Of a stretch of DNA of 48,221 nt, positions 27,470 through 36,838 are shown in pieces (positions within the stretch are counted from its first letter, which is position 1; each line of letters opens with the position of its first letter). Source of the stretch: an uncultured Dehalococcoidaceae bacterium. GTDB taxonomy: Bacteria > Chloroflexota > Dehalococcoidia > UBA2979. Made by a program: the position numbers and the translations under genes. The stretch is taken from positions 1-48,221 of the forward strand of contig CAZSFJ010000002.1 of the NCBI GenBank assembly GCA_964606125.1, read 5' to 3'. The notes below the pieces were generated by a model. That model made no database searches. It was not told where the DNA came from and saw nothing but the letters and a program-made list of their open reading frames with translations.

Positions 27470-28564
27470 ATGCCTCAGACCCTCAGCGTAATCAAGGCAG
27501 ATATCGGTGGATTCGTAGGACATTCGTCGATGCACCCTGAAGTCCTAGACTATGGCAGAGAACAAGTTGCTCAGGCCGTACAGAATGGCTTACTAATTGA
27601 TGGGCAGGCCCAAGCCTGCGGGGATGATATGTTCCTGATCCTCTCCCATGACCGAGGCGAAGACGATGAGACTCTGCATAAATTTGCGTGGGACACCTTC
27701 CAAGGAGGAACAGAAGTAGCAAGAAAACTACATCTCTATGGAGCTGGCCAAGACCTTTTGGTTGATGCATTCAGTGGCAATATCCGAGGGGCTGGTCCGG
27801 GATCGGCAGAACTAGAGCTTGTGGAACGGCCCTCAGAACCGATCATTGTGTTCATGGGTGACAAAACGTCTGCGGGTGCCTTTAACTTACCTTTCTATAA
27901 GATGTTTGCCGATCCATTTAATACAGCAGGGCTTGTGATCGCGGAGAGCCTTCACGATGGCTTCGCTTTCGAAGTGCATGACATAGCAAACAATAAAAAG
28001 GCTGTCTTTCAATCCCCAGATGAAATATATGACTTGCTTGTATTTATCGGGTCACCCGCACACTACGCTGTGAAGAGAGTGGTTACTCGGTCCACAGGAG
28101 AAGTAGCGGCTGTTTCATCAACCGACAAACTTTCACTAATCGCTGGAAGATATGTGGGTAAGGACGACCCTACTGCCATAGTCAGGTGCCAAGGCAATTT
28201 CCCGGCTGTTGGTGAAGTGCTCGAGCCATTCTCCACACCATATATTGTTGAGGGCTTCATGCGCGGTTCACACTATGGACCTTGGATGCCAGTTTCTCTC
28301 CGTGATGCCAATCCATCCCGATTTGATGGTCCTCCGCGAGTGGTCGCTTTGGGCTTCCAACTGGCTGAAGGAAAATTCATAGGCCCAAGGGATATGTTCG
28401 ACGATCCATCGTTCGATAATTCCAGGAAAGAAGCAAATACGATTTCGGATATTCTAAGAAAACATGGTCCGTTTGAACCTCACAGGTTACCGCTCGATGA
28501 AATGGAATATACGACAATGCCCGTGGTTGCCGAGAAAATGGCGTCTCGGTGGACCGAGCTCTAG
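27470..28564 (+). CDS. fbp: Fructose-1,6-bisphosphate aldolase/phosphatase (class V FBPase)
   Basis: Colinear with archaeal-type FBP A/P: LSVIKADIGGFVGH, GAGQDLL, FSGNIRGAGPG, YKMFADPFNT, GKDDPTAIVR, MRGSHYGPWMPVS, RFDGPPR, MEYTT. Confidence 0.9.
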   Translation: MPQTLSVIKADIGGFVGHSSMHPEVLDYGREQVAQAVQNGLLIDGQAQACGDDMFLILSHDRGEDDETLHKFAWDTFQGGTEVARKLHLYGAGQDLLVDAFSGNIRGAGPGSAELELVERPSEPIIVFMGDKTSAGAFNLPFYKMFADPFNTAGLVIAESLHDGFAFEVHDIANNKKAVFQSPDEIYDLLVFIGSPAHYAVKRVVTRSTGEVAAVSSTDKLSLIAGRYVGKDDPTAIVRCQGNFPAVGEVLEPFSTPYIVEGFMRGSHYGPWMPVSLRDANPSRFDGPPRVVALGFQLAEGKFIGPRDMFDDPSFDNSRKEANTISDILRKHGPFEPHRLPLDEMEYTTMPVVAEKMASRWTEL

Positions 28565-28588
28565 TAGCTGGATCTTCAGTCCATAGGC

Positions 28589-29215
28589 ATGCTTTTACGA
28601 GAAGTTGTTATCGCTACAGGTAATCAAGGCAAATTGAACGAATACCGTAAAATATTGCACGGCCCAGAACTAAGAGTGCTGGGTCTCGAAGATGTCCCCG
28701 TAGCAATGTCAGAGGTCATTGAGACCGGCAGATCGTACGTAAACAACGCGATAGCAAAAGCAGTCGCCGTTGCTAAGACTGCGGGAATTCCTGCAATTGG
28801 AGATGACAGTGGCCTCGAAATAGATGCCCTGAATGGAGCACCAGGACCGGTCTCAGCAAGATACGGAATAAACCTCAGGCAAAAAAACGTTAGATCTGAT
28901 CGAGACCGTAACGAACTAATTCTAGCCCTAATGAAGTCAGTTCCTCTACCAAAACGGACGGCAAGGTTCCGAGCGTGTGTGGCTCTGGCTATACCTGGGA
29001 ACATTATTATTACAAGAGAAGGTGTATGCGAAGGTTTCATCGCTGAGAGTCCTCGTGGCGATGACGGATTTGGTTATGATCCTATATTCTTAATCCCTGA
29101 CGGGAGATCCATGGCACAAATTGGTGACCTCAAAAATACTATTTCGCATCGAGGGAAAGCCATAGCAGCCCTACTGACTGCAATTAATTCCGGGAAGCAG
29201 GCTAATGATGCATAA
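28589..29215 (+). CDS. rdgB: Non-canonical purine NTP pyrophosphatase (RdgB/HAM1)
   Basis: ATGNQGKLNEY, DDSGLEIDALNGAPG, FGYDPIF and ISHRGKA motifs. Confidence 0.87.
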   Translation: MLLREVVIATGNQGKLNEYRKILHGPELRVLGLEDVPVAMSEVIETGRSYVNNAIAKAVAVAKTAGIPAIGDDSGLEIDALNGAPGPVSARYGINLRQKNVRSDRDRNELILALMKSVPLPKRTARFRACVALAIPGNIIITREGVCEGFIAESPRGDDGFGYDPIFLIPDGRSMAQIGDLKNTISHRGKAIAALLTAINSGKQANDA

Positions 29216-30008
29216 TCAACTGGACGAGATGTTCGAAAACCCTAGAAAAGATGGCGAAACTATTGTCATCCCTTTCTTACCTGCTTCTTGGCCGGAGAGC
29301 AATTCCACGATAGATATAGTGAATGCTGCGGTCAAAGGAGGCGCATCAGCAATAGAAATAGGATGGCCGTTTAGCGATCCGATGGGTGATGGACCTGTAA
29401 ACCAACGAGCATACGACACAGCAATACAGAATGGATGCACGGGCGAGGTAGTAATTGATCTCGCTAGCCAGATTAGGACGACTCATCCCCATTTGCCCAT
29501 AATAATTATGGGATACTTCAATCCTCTGCTGGCATATGGGCCCGAACGATGGGCTAAAGATGCACAATCAGCAGGCATAAATGGCCTTATTTGTGTAGAT
29601 CTCCCGCCGCAGGAAGCTCTGGAAATTGCGCCAATCCTGACGAAACATTCTATTCACACTATATTCCTACTCGCTCCTACTTCAACTGATGACCGAATCG
29701 AACTCGTCTCCGAATATGGCAGCGGGATGATCTACTGCGTCTCGGTGGTCGGAATAACGGGTGCAAGGAAAACTCTCTCGAGCGAGCTCCCCGTCTTTAT
29801 TGAACAAGTAAGAACCAAAACAGCTATTCCCCTTGCGATTGGATTTGGAATATCCGAACGTTCTCATGTTGTGGAGGTCAATGAAATTGCAGATGCCGCT
29901 GTTGTCGGGAGCGCATTCATTCAGGCGATAGCACAAGCTGATAGACAAACAATACAAACCGCGACTGAGGACTTCATAGCTACCCTTACTTCTGGAAGTG
30001 AATCATGA
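29205..30008 (+). CDS. trpA: Tryptophan synthase alpha chain
   Basis: IPFLPASWP and EIGWPFSDPMGDGPVNQ (active-site Glu/Asp region), plus the GFGIS phosphate-binding loop. Confidence 0.9.
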   Translation: MMHNQLDEMFENPRKDGETIVIPFLPASWPESNSTIDIVNAAVKGGASAIEIGWPFSDPMGDGPVNQRAYDTAIQNGCTGEVVIDLASQIRTTHPHLPIIIMGYFNPLLAYGPERWAKDAQSAGINGLICVDLPPQEALEIAPILTKHSIHTIFLLAPTSTDDRIELVSEYGSGMIYCVSVVGITGARKTLSSELPVFIEQVRTKTAIPLAIGFGISERSHVVEVNEIADAAVVGSAFIQAIAQADRQTIQTATEDFIATLTSGSES

Positions 30009-30379
30009 AAGTCAGAGGTGTGAGAGGAGCTACCACTAGTGACTCGAATTCTCGCGAGGACATCTTACTGGCCGCCCATGACCTAATAACTGGCATAATC
30101 GAGGCTAACGAAATCGTGGTTGATGACGTGGCATCAATACTTTTCTCTACCACAGCTGATCTAAACGCAGAATTTCCAGCTGTTGCAGCGAGAAATCTAG
30201 GTTTCACGAACACAGCTCTAGAATGCCTAGTCGAGATGAACGTACCAGGATCCCTTGCTAGATGCATTCGGGTACTAATGCATGTAAATTCTGACAAACA
30301 ACAAAAAGAAATACGACATATCTACCTTAAAAACGCTAAATCACTCCGTGCGGATTTGATCGATGACGATTCAGAGTGA
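30005..30379 (+). CDS. aroH: Chorismate mutase, AroH class
   Basis: N-terminal VRGVRGATT signature and 124 aa length. ATGA overlap with trpA. Confidence 0.8.
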   Translation: MKVRGVRGATTSDSNSREDILLAAHDLITGIIEANEIVVDDVASILFSTTADLNAEFPAVAARNLGFTNTALECLVEMNVPGSLARCIRVLMHVNSDKQQKEIRHIYLKNAKSLRADLIDDDSE

Positions 30380-31151
30380 TCACGATGACGGGCCTGAGTT
30401 TCATAAATCAGATGTACAACGAAGTGATCTAGAACTCAATCTACTCGAGTATCAAGGCCCGATCCAAACTCTGCTTGAAATGGTGGAGCAACATGAAATG
30501 GATATAAACACAATTGCGTTGGCCACAGTGGCCTCGCAGTTTGCAACGTATGTCAGAGAAGCAAAAGTTGCTGGAGCTATACCCATTGAGCAAGTGGCGC
30601 AATATGTTTCAGTAGCCTCGCGTTTGTTACTTTTGAAGTCGCGCACGTTAATCCCAAACGAAATCGAGGATGCACCTGAACCAGAAGATGCTGACATAGA
30701 TGCATTGATTGACGCCCTTAAGGAATACAGGAAATTTTCCAATGCCACTGATCAACTAAGGCAGAGAGAAGGGGCCCAAACGTATACTAGGACTGCACCG
30801 CCGACACGAATAAATCTACCTGAAATGTCGAATGGGTTGGATGGAATAACACTCCAGTCTCTAGTTGAAATCATAGGGGAAGTACTGGAACGACTGCCTG
30901 ACGATGAATCAATAGAAATTGAGCGGGAGCCGATCGTTCTTGAAGACCGAATAAATAGGATACGGACGCTTCTCAACGAAATCGTAGAAAAACAAATCCT
31001 GTTCCGGTCTGTGATTGAGCATGCAACCTCTCGAGCAGAAGTAATAGTTGATTTCCTGGCCGTATTAGAACTCATCAAATCACAAGAAATAACAGCTGAG
31101 CAAACCGAACAATTTGGTGAAATATATTTAATCGCGATCGGCCCAAGTTAA
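30363..31151 (+). CDS. scpA: Segregation and condensation protein A (kleisin)
   Basis: LNLLEYQGPIQTLLEMVEQHEMDINTIALATVASQF N-terminal ScpA motif and C-terminal winged helix (VIVDFLAVLELIK). Confidence 0.85.
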   Translation: MTIQSDHDDGPEFHKSDVQRSDLELNLLEYQGPIQTLLEMVEQHEMDINTIALATVASQFATYVREAKVAGAIPIEQVAQYVSVASRLLLLKSRTLIPNEIEDAPEPEDADIDALIDALKEYRKFSNATDQLRQREGAQTYTRTAPPTRINLPEMSNGLDGITLQSLVEIIGEVLERLPDDESIEIEREPIVLEDRINRIRTLLNEIVEKQILFRSVIEHATSRAEVIVDFLAVLELIKSQEITAEQTEQFGEIYLIAIGPS

Positions 31152-31232
31152 TAATTGGAAGTGGATCAAAGACTAAACAATGTTAGGATCGTACACTCAC
31201 CAATCAGTTGAATAGCCAGCTAGGAGAACAGA

Positions 31233-32189
31233 GTGCTCTTGGTTCGTGATGAGTTACGACGGTCCGCCAGTCCAGGTAAACATGCCTTATCTATTGGGGT
31301 ATTTGACGGCGTTCATAAGGGTCATCAAGCATTACTTTCTCGCATGCTATCTGAGGCGGAGTCACGAGGTATATCTGGCGGAGTTATCACCTTCCATCCT
31401 CATCCTGTGACCGTTATTCGACCGGAAATACAATTTTCTTACCTGACCTCACTCGAAAAACGGGTTGAGCTCATCAGGCAGGCAGGTGCTGACTTTGTCT
31501 CCGTACTTTCTTTCAGTTCGGAATTGCAACAAGTTTCGGCTAGAGACTTCTGTGAAATGCTCGTTCAAGAGGCCGGTCTAGAAGTGCTAGTTGTAGGGAA
31601 TGATTTCCGAACAGGAAGAAATGGTGAAGGAGATATAGAAAAATTAAAAGAACTTGGAGAACAATTAGGCTTTGAGGTAATTCATCTGGAGCTAATCGAA
31701 AACGAAAACGTAAAAGTTTCCTCGACAAGAATTCGTGCGGCGCTTGCCGAAGGTGAAATGGAACAAGTACAGTCCCTCCTGGGACATAGCTATAGTCTGA
31801 GAGGGCCTATATTACTGGGTGATCAACGAGGACGCACCATAGGCTTCCCTACTATAAATGTCGGAGTCTCAGCAGACAGAACCCTCCCCCCTGATGGAGT
31901 TTATGCAACAATGACAAAGCTTCTTGGTAATAATCTTCCTTCTATCACGAACATAGGATCGAGACCTACTTTTGAAGTAGGAAAAAGTAGACATGTTGAG
32001 ACTCATATACTCGACTTCGATCAGGATGTGTACGATGAGGTCGCTACCGTGGAATTTCTATCAAGATTAAGAGACGAACAAAAATTCCAATCACCTGATG
32101 AATTAATCAATCAAATTCAGGCGGACGTAGAGAATGTGCGCAAATACTTCTCCAGCAGGAGGTTCGTTAGTGGAGAGTCCGATGGCTAA
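31233..32189 (+). CDS. ribF: Bifunctional riboflavin kinase / FMN adenylyltransferase
   Basis: IGVFDGVHKGHQALL, a riboflavin kinase part with GFPTINV, and ETHILDF. The GTG start has AGGAG 6 nt upstream. Confidence 0.9.
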   Translation: MLLVRDELRRSASPGKHALSIGVFDGVHKGHQALLSRMLSEAESRGISGGVITFHPHPVTVIRPEIQFSYLTSLEKRVELIRQAGADFVSVLSFSSELQQVSARDFCEMLVQEAGLEVLVVGNDFRTGRNGEGDIEKLKELGEQLGFEVIHLELIENENVKVSSTRIRAALAEGEMEQVQSLLGHSYSLRGPILLGDQRGRTIGFPTINVGVSADRTLPPDGVYATMTKLLGNNLPSITNIGSRPTFEVGKSRHVETHILDFDQDVYDEVATVEFLSRLRDEQKFQSPDELINQIQADVENVRKYFSSRRFVSGESDG

Positions 32190-33411
32190 AAAACGAACTA
32201 TGACCTCGGTTGAAGAGCAGATGATTGTCCTAATGGATGGGGTTGATCTTGGCTCTGAAACACTGCAACAAGCTATGACGGATGAGCTCAGAAATCTACT
32301 CAATGAAGACCGGCCACTAACCGTTTATTGCGGCTACGATCCGACAGCGACCGATCTGCACCTTGGCCATATTCCGACAATGGTCAAATTGAGACAGTTC
32401 CAAGATTTCGGTCACCAAGTAGTGTTTTTGATAGGATCCTTCACTGCCCAAGTCGGGGATCCTACCGGGCGACAATCAACTCGTCCAATGCTCGGTGAGT
32501 CCGACGTCGAAGAGTTTAGTAAAACCTATATTAACCAGGCATTCATAGTTCTTGATGAAAGTCGCACGAAGGTGCTATATAACCATGAATGGCTCGCCCC
32601 TTTGCAATTTGCCGAAGTTATAAAACTGGCTTCTGAATTTTCTGTGGGACACTTTTTGCAACACAGCACGTTTAGGGATCGTATTCAAAAAGGTGACTCC
32701 ATCCGAATCAGTGAATTCATGTATGCAATTCTCCAAGCATATGATGCGCTACACATGAACACTGATGTCCAGATAGGAGGAAGCGATCAAATATTCAATA
32801 TCGTAGACGTTGGACGAACATTGCAAGCTAGTCGAGGACAGAAGCCTCAAGTGGCACTAACACTGCCTATCCTGGTTGGTACTGATGGAAAAGAGAAAAT
32901 GTCGAAATCAATTGGAAATACCATCAGCCTGACCGATGAACCACTAGATATGTTCGGCAAATTGATGAGTCTTCCAGATCAGGCGCTAGATCTCTATGCT
33001 CGGTTGGTCACGAATCTCCACCCCACTGAGGTTGATAATTTGTTACTGGATATTGAGAAAGGTAACATCACGCCGATAGAAGCAAAAAAATATGTAGCCA
33101 GATCCGTCGTATCACTCATTCATGGAGCTAACGAAGCATCCCAGGCAAATGAATATTTCGAAGAAACTTTTCAAAATAGAAAAGACCCCGTAGCTGAGGC
33201 ACCACTCTACGTGCTTAGTGAAGATTTTAGGCTAGTACACGTCATCATGGATAGTATGAACTTAAGTGGTGGAGAGGTGCGCCGGCTTGTGGCCCAGGGC
33301 GCTATCAAAATTAATAATGAAACAGCAACAGATATCAATCAACTTCTAGCAGAAGGCGATTTTCTCCGAGTAGGGAAGCACAAATTTCTCAACATTGCGG
33401 CGAAACTTTGA
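32182..33411 (+). CDS. tyrS: Tyrosine--tRNA ligase
   Basis: HIGH-type motif DLHLGH, KMSKS, and a C-terminal S4-like domain. ATG 32182 overlaps the ribF end by 8 nt. Confidence 0.9.
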   Translation: MAKKRTMTSVEEQMIVLMDGVDLGSETLQQAMTDELRNLLNEDRPLTVYCGYDPTATDLHLGHIPTMVKLRQFQDFGHQVVFLIGSFTAQVGDPTGRQSTRPMLGESDVEEFSKTYINQAFIVLDESRTKVLYNHEWLAPLQFAEVIKLASEFSVGHFLQHSTFRDRIQKGDSIRISEFMYAILQAYDALHMNTDVQIGGSDQIFNIVDVGRTLQASRGQKPQVALTLPILVGTDGKEKMSKSIGNTISLTDEPLDMFGKLMSLPDQALDLYARLVTNLHPTEVDNLLLDIEKGNITPIEAKKYVARSVVSLIHGANEASQANEYFEETFQNRKDPVAEAPLYVLSEDFRLVHVIMDSMNLSGGEVRRLVAQGAIKINNETATDINQLLAEGDFLRVGKHKFLNIAAKL

Positions 33412-33464
33412 CGAAGTCCTACTATCCAATTGCACGAATTAGATCAAAAAAGTAGAATTTATTA

Positions 33465-33842
33465 GTGACTAAAAACTCTGAACTTCCACAACTAGATCAA
33501 GCCGGACTGGATAATGTCGAATCCGCAGATCTGATAACTGTCCAAATTCCTCATATTGGACAGGCGTTAATCGTGGATACACGGACGACGAAAGATGATT
33601 TCCCAAAAGTACTCGTCAGACCACTCGTAGGAAGCGCAGTCGAACGCGCGCATAAAATGCCCGAGATTAGACCTGAACTCGGGATTCCAGAAACCGTAGC
33701 TTCGTTTCGTTGGGAGGGTTCGGTGAATCAGCTGAAACAGTCCGAACTCTGGGAAGCATTGATAGTCCGAACACAAGATAGTCTCGATAAATGGGCCATA
33801 TGCAGTCTGATGCTTGATTCCTATGAGAAAGAATCTGATTAG
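33465..33842 (+). CDS. Hypothetical protein (125 aa)
   Basis: ORF only, with a GTG start. Composition is protein-like and acidic, and no motif is recognised. The 3' end overlaps the recJ stop by 4 nt. Confidence 0.4.
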   Translation: MTKNSELPQLDQAGLDNVESADLITVQIPHIGQALIVDTRTTKDDFPKVLVRPLVGSAVERAHKMPEIRPELGIPETVASFRWEGSVNQLKQSELWEALIVRTQDSLDKWAICSLMLDSYEKESD

Positions 33843-35536
33843 ATACCAGTGTCACTCAGCCTCAAGGCAATGACGTCTAGTTCACGCAACTGAAGTGCGG
33901 TTCGACGAAATCTTGGATCTGTACGACGGAAGCTGTAGACCAAATCGAACTTTCGCCCGTTATACCTTGAGTATTCCCCGATATTCCAGCCAACTGCATC
34001 CCAAGTCTCCGTACCCTGGACAAAACTGGCACGAAGGTGAGCGCCGTTCTGGCCCATCGAGCGAGCATCGGTCATTGTCGCCTCAGAAGTTATAAATACG
34101 GGTCGAGGGTTTCCAACTCCATGCGGTTCGAGTAGATCCAAGTACTGGAACATCCGATCGGTCATTTCTTCAAAATTGATATCCATGTCAACATGGATAT
34201 GGTCCTGTCCGGAGACAGAAGCTTGGGCTGCAGCCGATAAAAGCAAGGATTGTAGCTCCGCGACATTACTCAGTTCAGCAGAAAAGCCGGCCGCTGCTCT
34301 ATGACCGCCAAATTTTATGAGATGAGAAGAAACTTTATTCAGCAATTCAACTAGATCGAAATCCCCCACTGACCTACATGAGGCCCGTGCTTCCTCGCCG
34401 GACATATCTATGACAATCGAGGGACGCCCATACTGTTCTACCAATCTTGACGCGCAGATACCAGCTATACCAGCATGTATTTCATCTGAGGCGATGATTA
34501 CAAGCGGCGGCAATTCCTCACCATACATATCGGTAAGATATTTTCGCGATAATTCCACGGCAGCCTCGGTTGCTGAGCGACGATCGTCATTCAATCTCTC
34601 GAGAGATTTAGCGAGCGCGTCTGCACGAACAGGATCATCACAATCCAAAAGATCAAAAGATAGGCTGGCGTGTGCCATTCGACCCGCTGCATTCAGGCGT
34701 GGTCCCAACTTCCACCCAATCGCCTCGGAATCAATCTCTGATGCCTGAATACCTGCTTGTTTACACAAGGCTTTGATACCAGGACGCTTTGATCTGCGTA
34801 TCGCATCCAATCCCAGTCGCACAAGGGACCTGCTCTCACCTTTCAATGGTGCCAAATCACAGACCAGACCGAGGCACACTAACTCTATATAGCGCGTATC
34901 ATCAAACTCTCGTCTCATCTCCTCAAAGAGTGCCCGGAGAACTTTGTAGGCAACTCCAACTGCTGCTGGCTCAGACCCGTACTCATTATCATTTAGGAGT
35001 GGGTTAACGATAGCAAGTGCGTTCGGCAATGTTGCGGGTATCGAATGATGATCAATCACAACTACATCCATTGAAAGCTCGTTAGCTTCGTCAATTTCTT
35101 CTATTGCAGAAGTCCCAGTGTCAGCAGTGATCAATAGAGATGTCCCTAAGTCTGACACTCGTCTAATCGATCGAACATTTGGTCCATAACCTTCGGTTCT
35201 ACGATCAGGAATGTAATAATCAACATTTGCACCGAGCGAATTTAATCCCTCAACTAGCAAAACCGATGCCGTTATTCCATCTACATCATAATCACCAAAG
35301 ACAGTGACTCTCTCGCCATGCTCGCAGGCTGATTTTAATCTTGAAACCGCTGCGTTTAGGTTCGGCATCAACTCATCCTGAGTCAGATCTTTAGGTGTCT
35401 GCATAAATATTCTTGCCGCCAAAGTTGAATCTATACCGCGATTAACCAATAATTTCTTGATTACCATGGGAAGGTCGGGTCCGGCGTCGGCATAGCCACT
35501 GAGATCAGAATCTGCAGCAATCTTCCACTCTGCCAT
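33839..35536 (-). CDS. recJ: Single-stranded-DNA-specific exonuclease RecJ
   Basis: DHH family motifs FGDYDVDGITAS, ITADTG and VIDHHS, plus DHHA1 GGHRAAAG. Confidence 0.9.
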   Translation of the reverse strand: MAEWKIAADSDLSGYADAGPDLPMVIKKLLVNRGIDSTLAARIFMQTPKDLTQDELMPNLNAAVSRLKSACEHGERVTVFGDYDVDGITASVLLVEGLNSLGANVDYYIPDRRTEGYGPNVRSIRRVSDLGTSLLITADTGTSAIEEIDEANELSMDVVVIDHHSIPATLPNALAIVNPLLNDNEYGSEPAAVGVAYKVLRALFEEMRREFDDTRYIELVCLGLVCDLAPLKGESRSLVRLGLDAIRRSKRPGIKALCKQAGIQASEIDSEAIGWKLGPRLNAAGRMAHASLSFDLLDCDDPVRADALAKSLERLNDDRRSATEAAVELSRKYLTDMYGEELPPLVIIASDEIHAGIAGICASRLVEQYGRPSIVIDMSGEEARASCRSVGDFDLVELLNKVSSHLIKFGGHRAAAGFSAELSNVAELQSLLLSAAAQASVSGQDHIHVDMDINFEEMTDRMFQYLDLLEPHGVGNPRPVFITSEATMTDARSMGQNGAHLRASFVQGTETWDAVGWNIGEYSRYNGRKFDLVYSFRRTDPRFRRTALQLRELDVIALRLSDTGI

Positions 35537-35541
35537 ATTAA

Positions 35542-36795
35542 TTAGTCCATATGTTTTGAGAATACTAGCGACGAATTATGACCACCAAACCCCAAGGAAT
35601 TACTCATAGCTATAGTGATCGGTGTCTCACGTGACTCGTCAGGTACGTAATCTAAGTCACAGTCAGGATCTTTATGCGTAAGGTTAATTGTCGGATGGAT
35701 CTTGTCATCCCTAATACTTAGAGCAGTTACCACTGATTCAATTCCACCGGCCGCACCGAGAGTATGACCTACCATAGATTTTGTAGATGATATTGGAATT
35801 GAGTAGGCATTCTCACCAAACACTTTCTTCATAGACATAGTCTCAAATTTGTCATTCAAGGGCGTCGAGGTGCCGTGCGCATTTATATAGTCAACGTTAT
35901 CGATATCGATTGCGGCTTTACGTAGAGCTATCTCCATCGCACGTGACGCACCCTCACCATTTTCAGACGGTTGTGTTACATGAAATGCATCAGCGGATTG
36001 ACCATATCCCAGAAATTCACAAATGATGTTTGCTCCCCTAGCACGGGCATGCTCAAGCTCCTCTAAAATCATGATTCCTGCCCCTTCGCCCAACACAAAT
36101 CCGTCCCGATTTATATCAAACGGGCGAGACGCCGTCTCATAGTCGTTGTTACTAGAGAGAGCTTTACTATTTGCAAACGCAGCTATAGACATTCGGGTAA
36201 CTGCTCCTTCAGCCCCTCCTGCGATCATCGCCACGGCGTCACCGCGCTTTATAACCTCAGCGGCAGTACCGATCGAGTCAGCTCCGGAAGCACAGGCTGA
36301 AACAGTATTGAAGTTCGGCCCTTTTGCTCCGTAACGGATTGAGACCTGTCCAGCAGCCATATCAGGTATGAACATCGGTACTAGAAATGGGCTCACACGG
36401 CCGGGCCCTCTATCAAAGAACGTCTTGAATTCACGTTCTAATGTTTCCATGCCCCCAATTCCAACGCCAATCATGCACCCAATCAATTCCGATTCTTTCG
36501 CTATATCGAGGCCGGAATGATCGATCGACTCACCAGCGGCAGCTATAGCTAGGTGAGTGAATCGGTCCATTCTTCTTGCCTCTTTTTTATCCAGATAAGT
36601 AAACAAATCAAACTCAGGCACCTCACCTGATACTTGTGAAGTAAGATCTGATACGTCGCATCTCGTGGTCGGAGCTATTCCATTTACACCATCTAGGAGA
36701 TTCTTCCAAGCTTGTTCTCGCCCGACTCCGTTAGCGACCATCAAACCTAGGCCTGTTACCACCACACGCCTTTCTTCAGTGATCATGCCAGTCAT
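35542..36795 (-). CDS. fabF: Beta-ketoacyl-ACP synthase II family (KS paralog 2)
   Basis: RRVVVTGLG; catalytic Cys in VSACASG; His motifs NAHGTSTPLND and GHTLGAAG; C-terminal NSLGFGGHN. Confidence 0.9.
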   Translation of the reverse strand: MTGMITEERRVVVTGLGLMVANGVGREQAWKNLLDGVNGIAPTTRCDVSDLTSQVSGEVPEFDLFTYLDKKEARRMDRFTHLAIAAAGESIDHSGLDIAKESELIGCMIGVGIGGMETLEREFKTFFDRGPGRVSPFLVPMFIPDMAAGQVSIRYGAKGPNFNTVSACASGADSIGTAAEVIKRGDAVAMIAGGAEGAVTRMSIAAFANSKALSSNNDYETASRPFDINRDGFVLGEGAGIMILEELEHARARGANIICEFLGYGQSADAFHVTQPSENGEGASRAMEIALRKAAIDIDNVDYINAHGTSTPLNDKFETMSMKKVFGENAYSIPISSTKSMVGHTLGAAGGIESVVTALSIRDDKIHPTINLTHKDPDCDLDYVPDESRETPITIAMSNSLGFGGHNSSLVFSKHMD

Positions 36796-36838
36796 TCGAT
36801 TATCGATACCTATCTCCTCTCAATACACAAATAACGGA

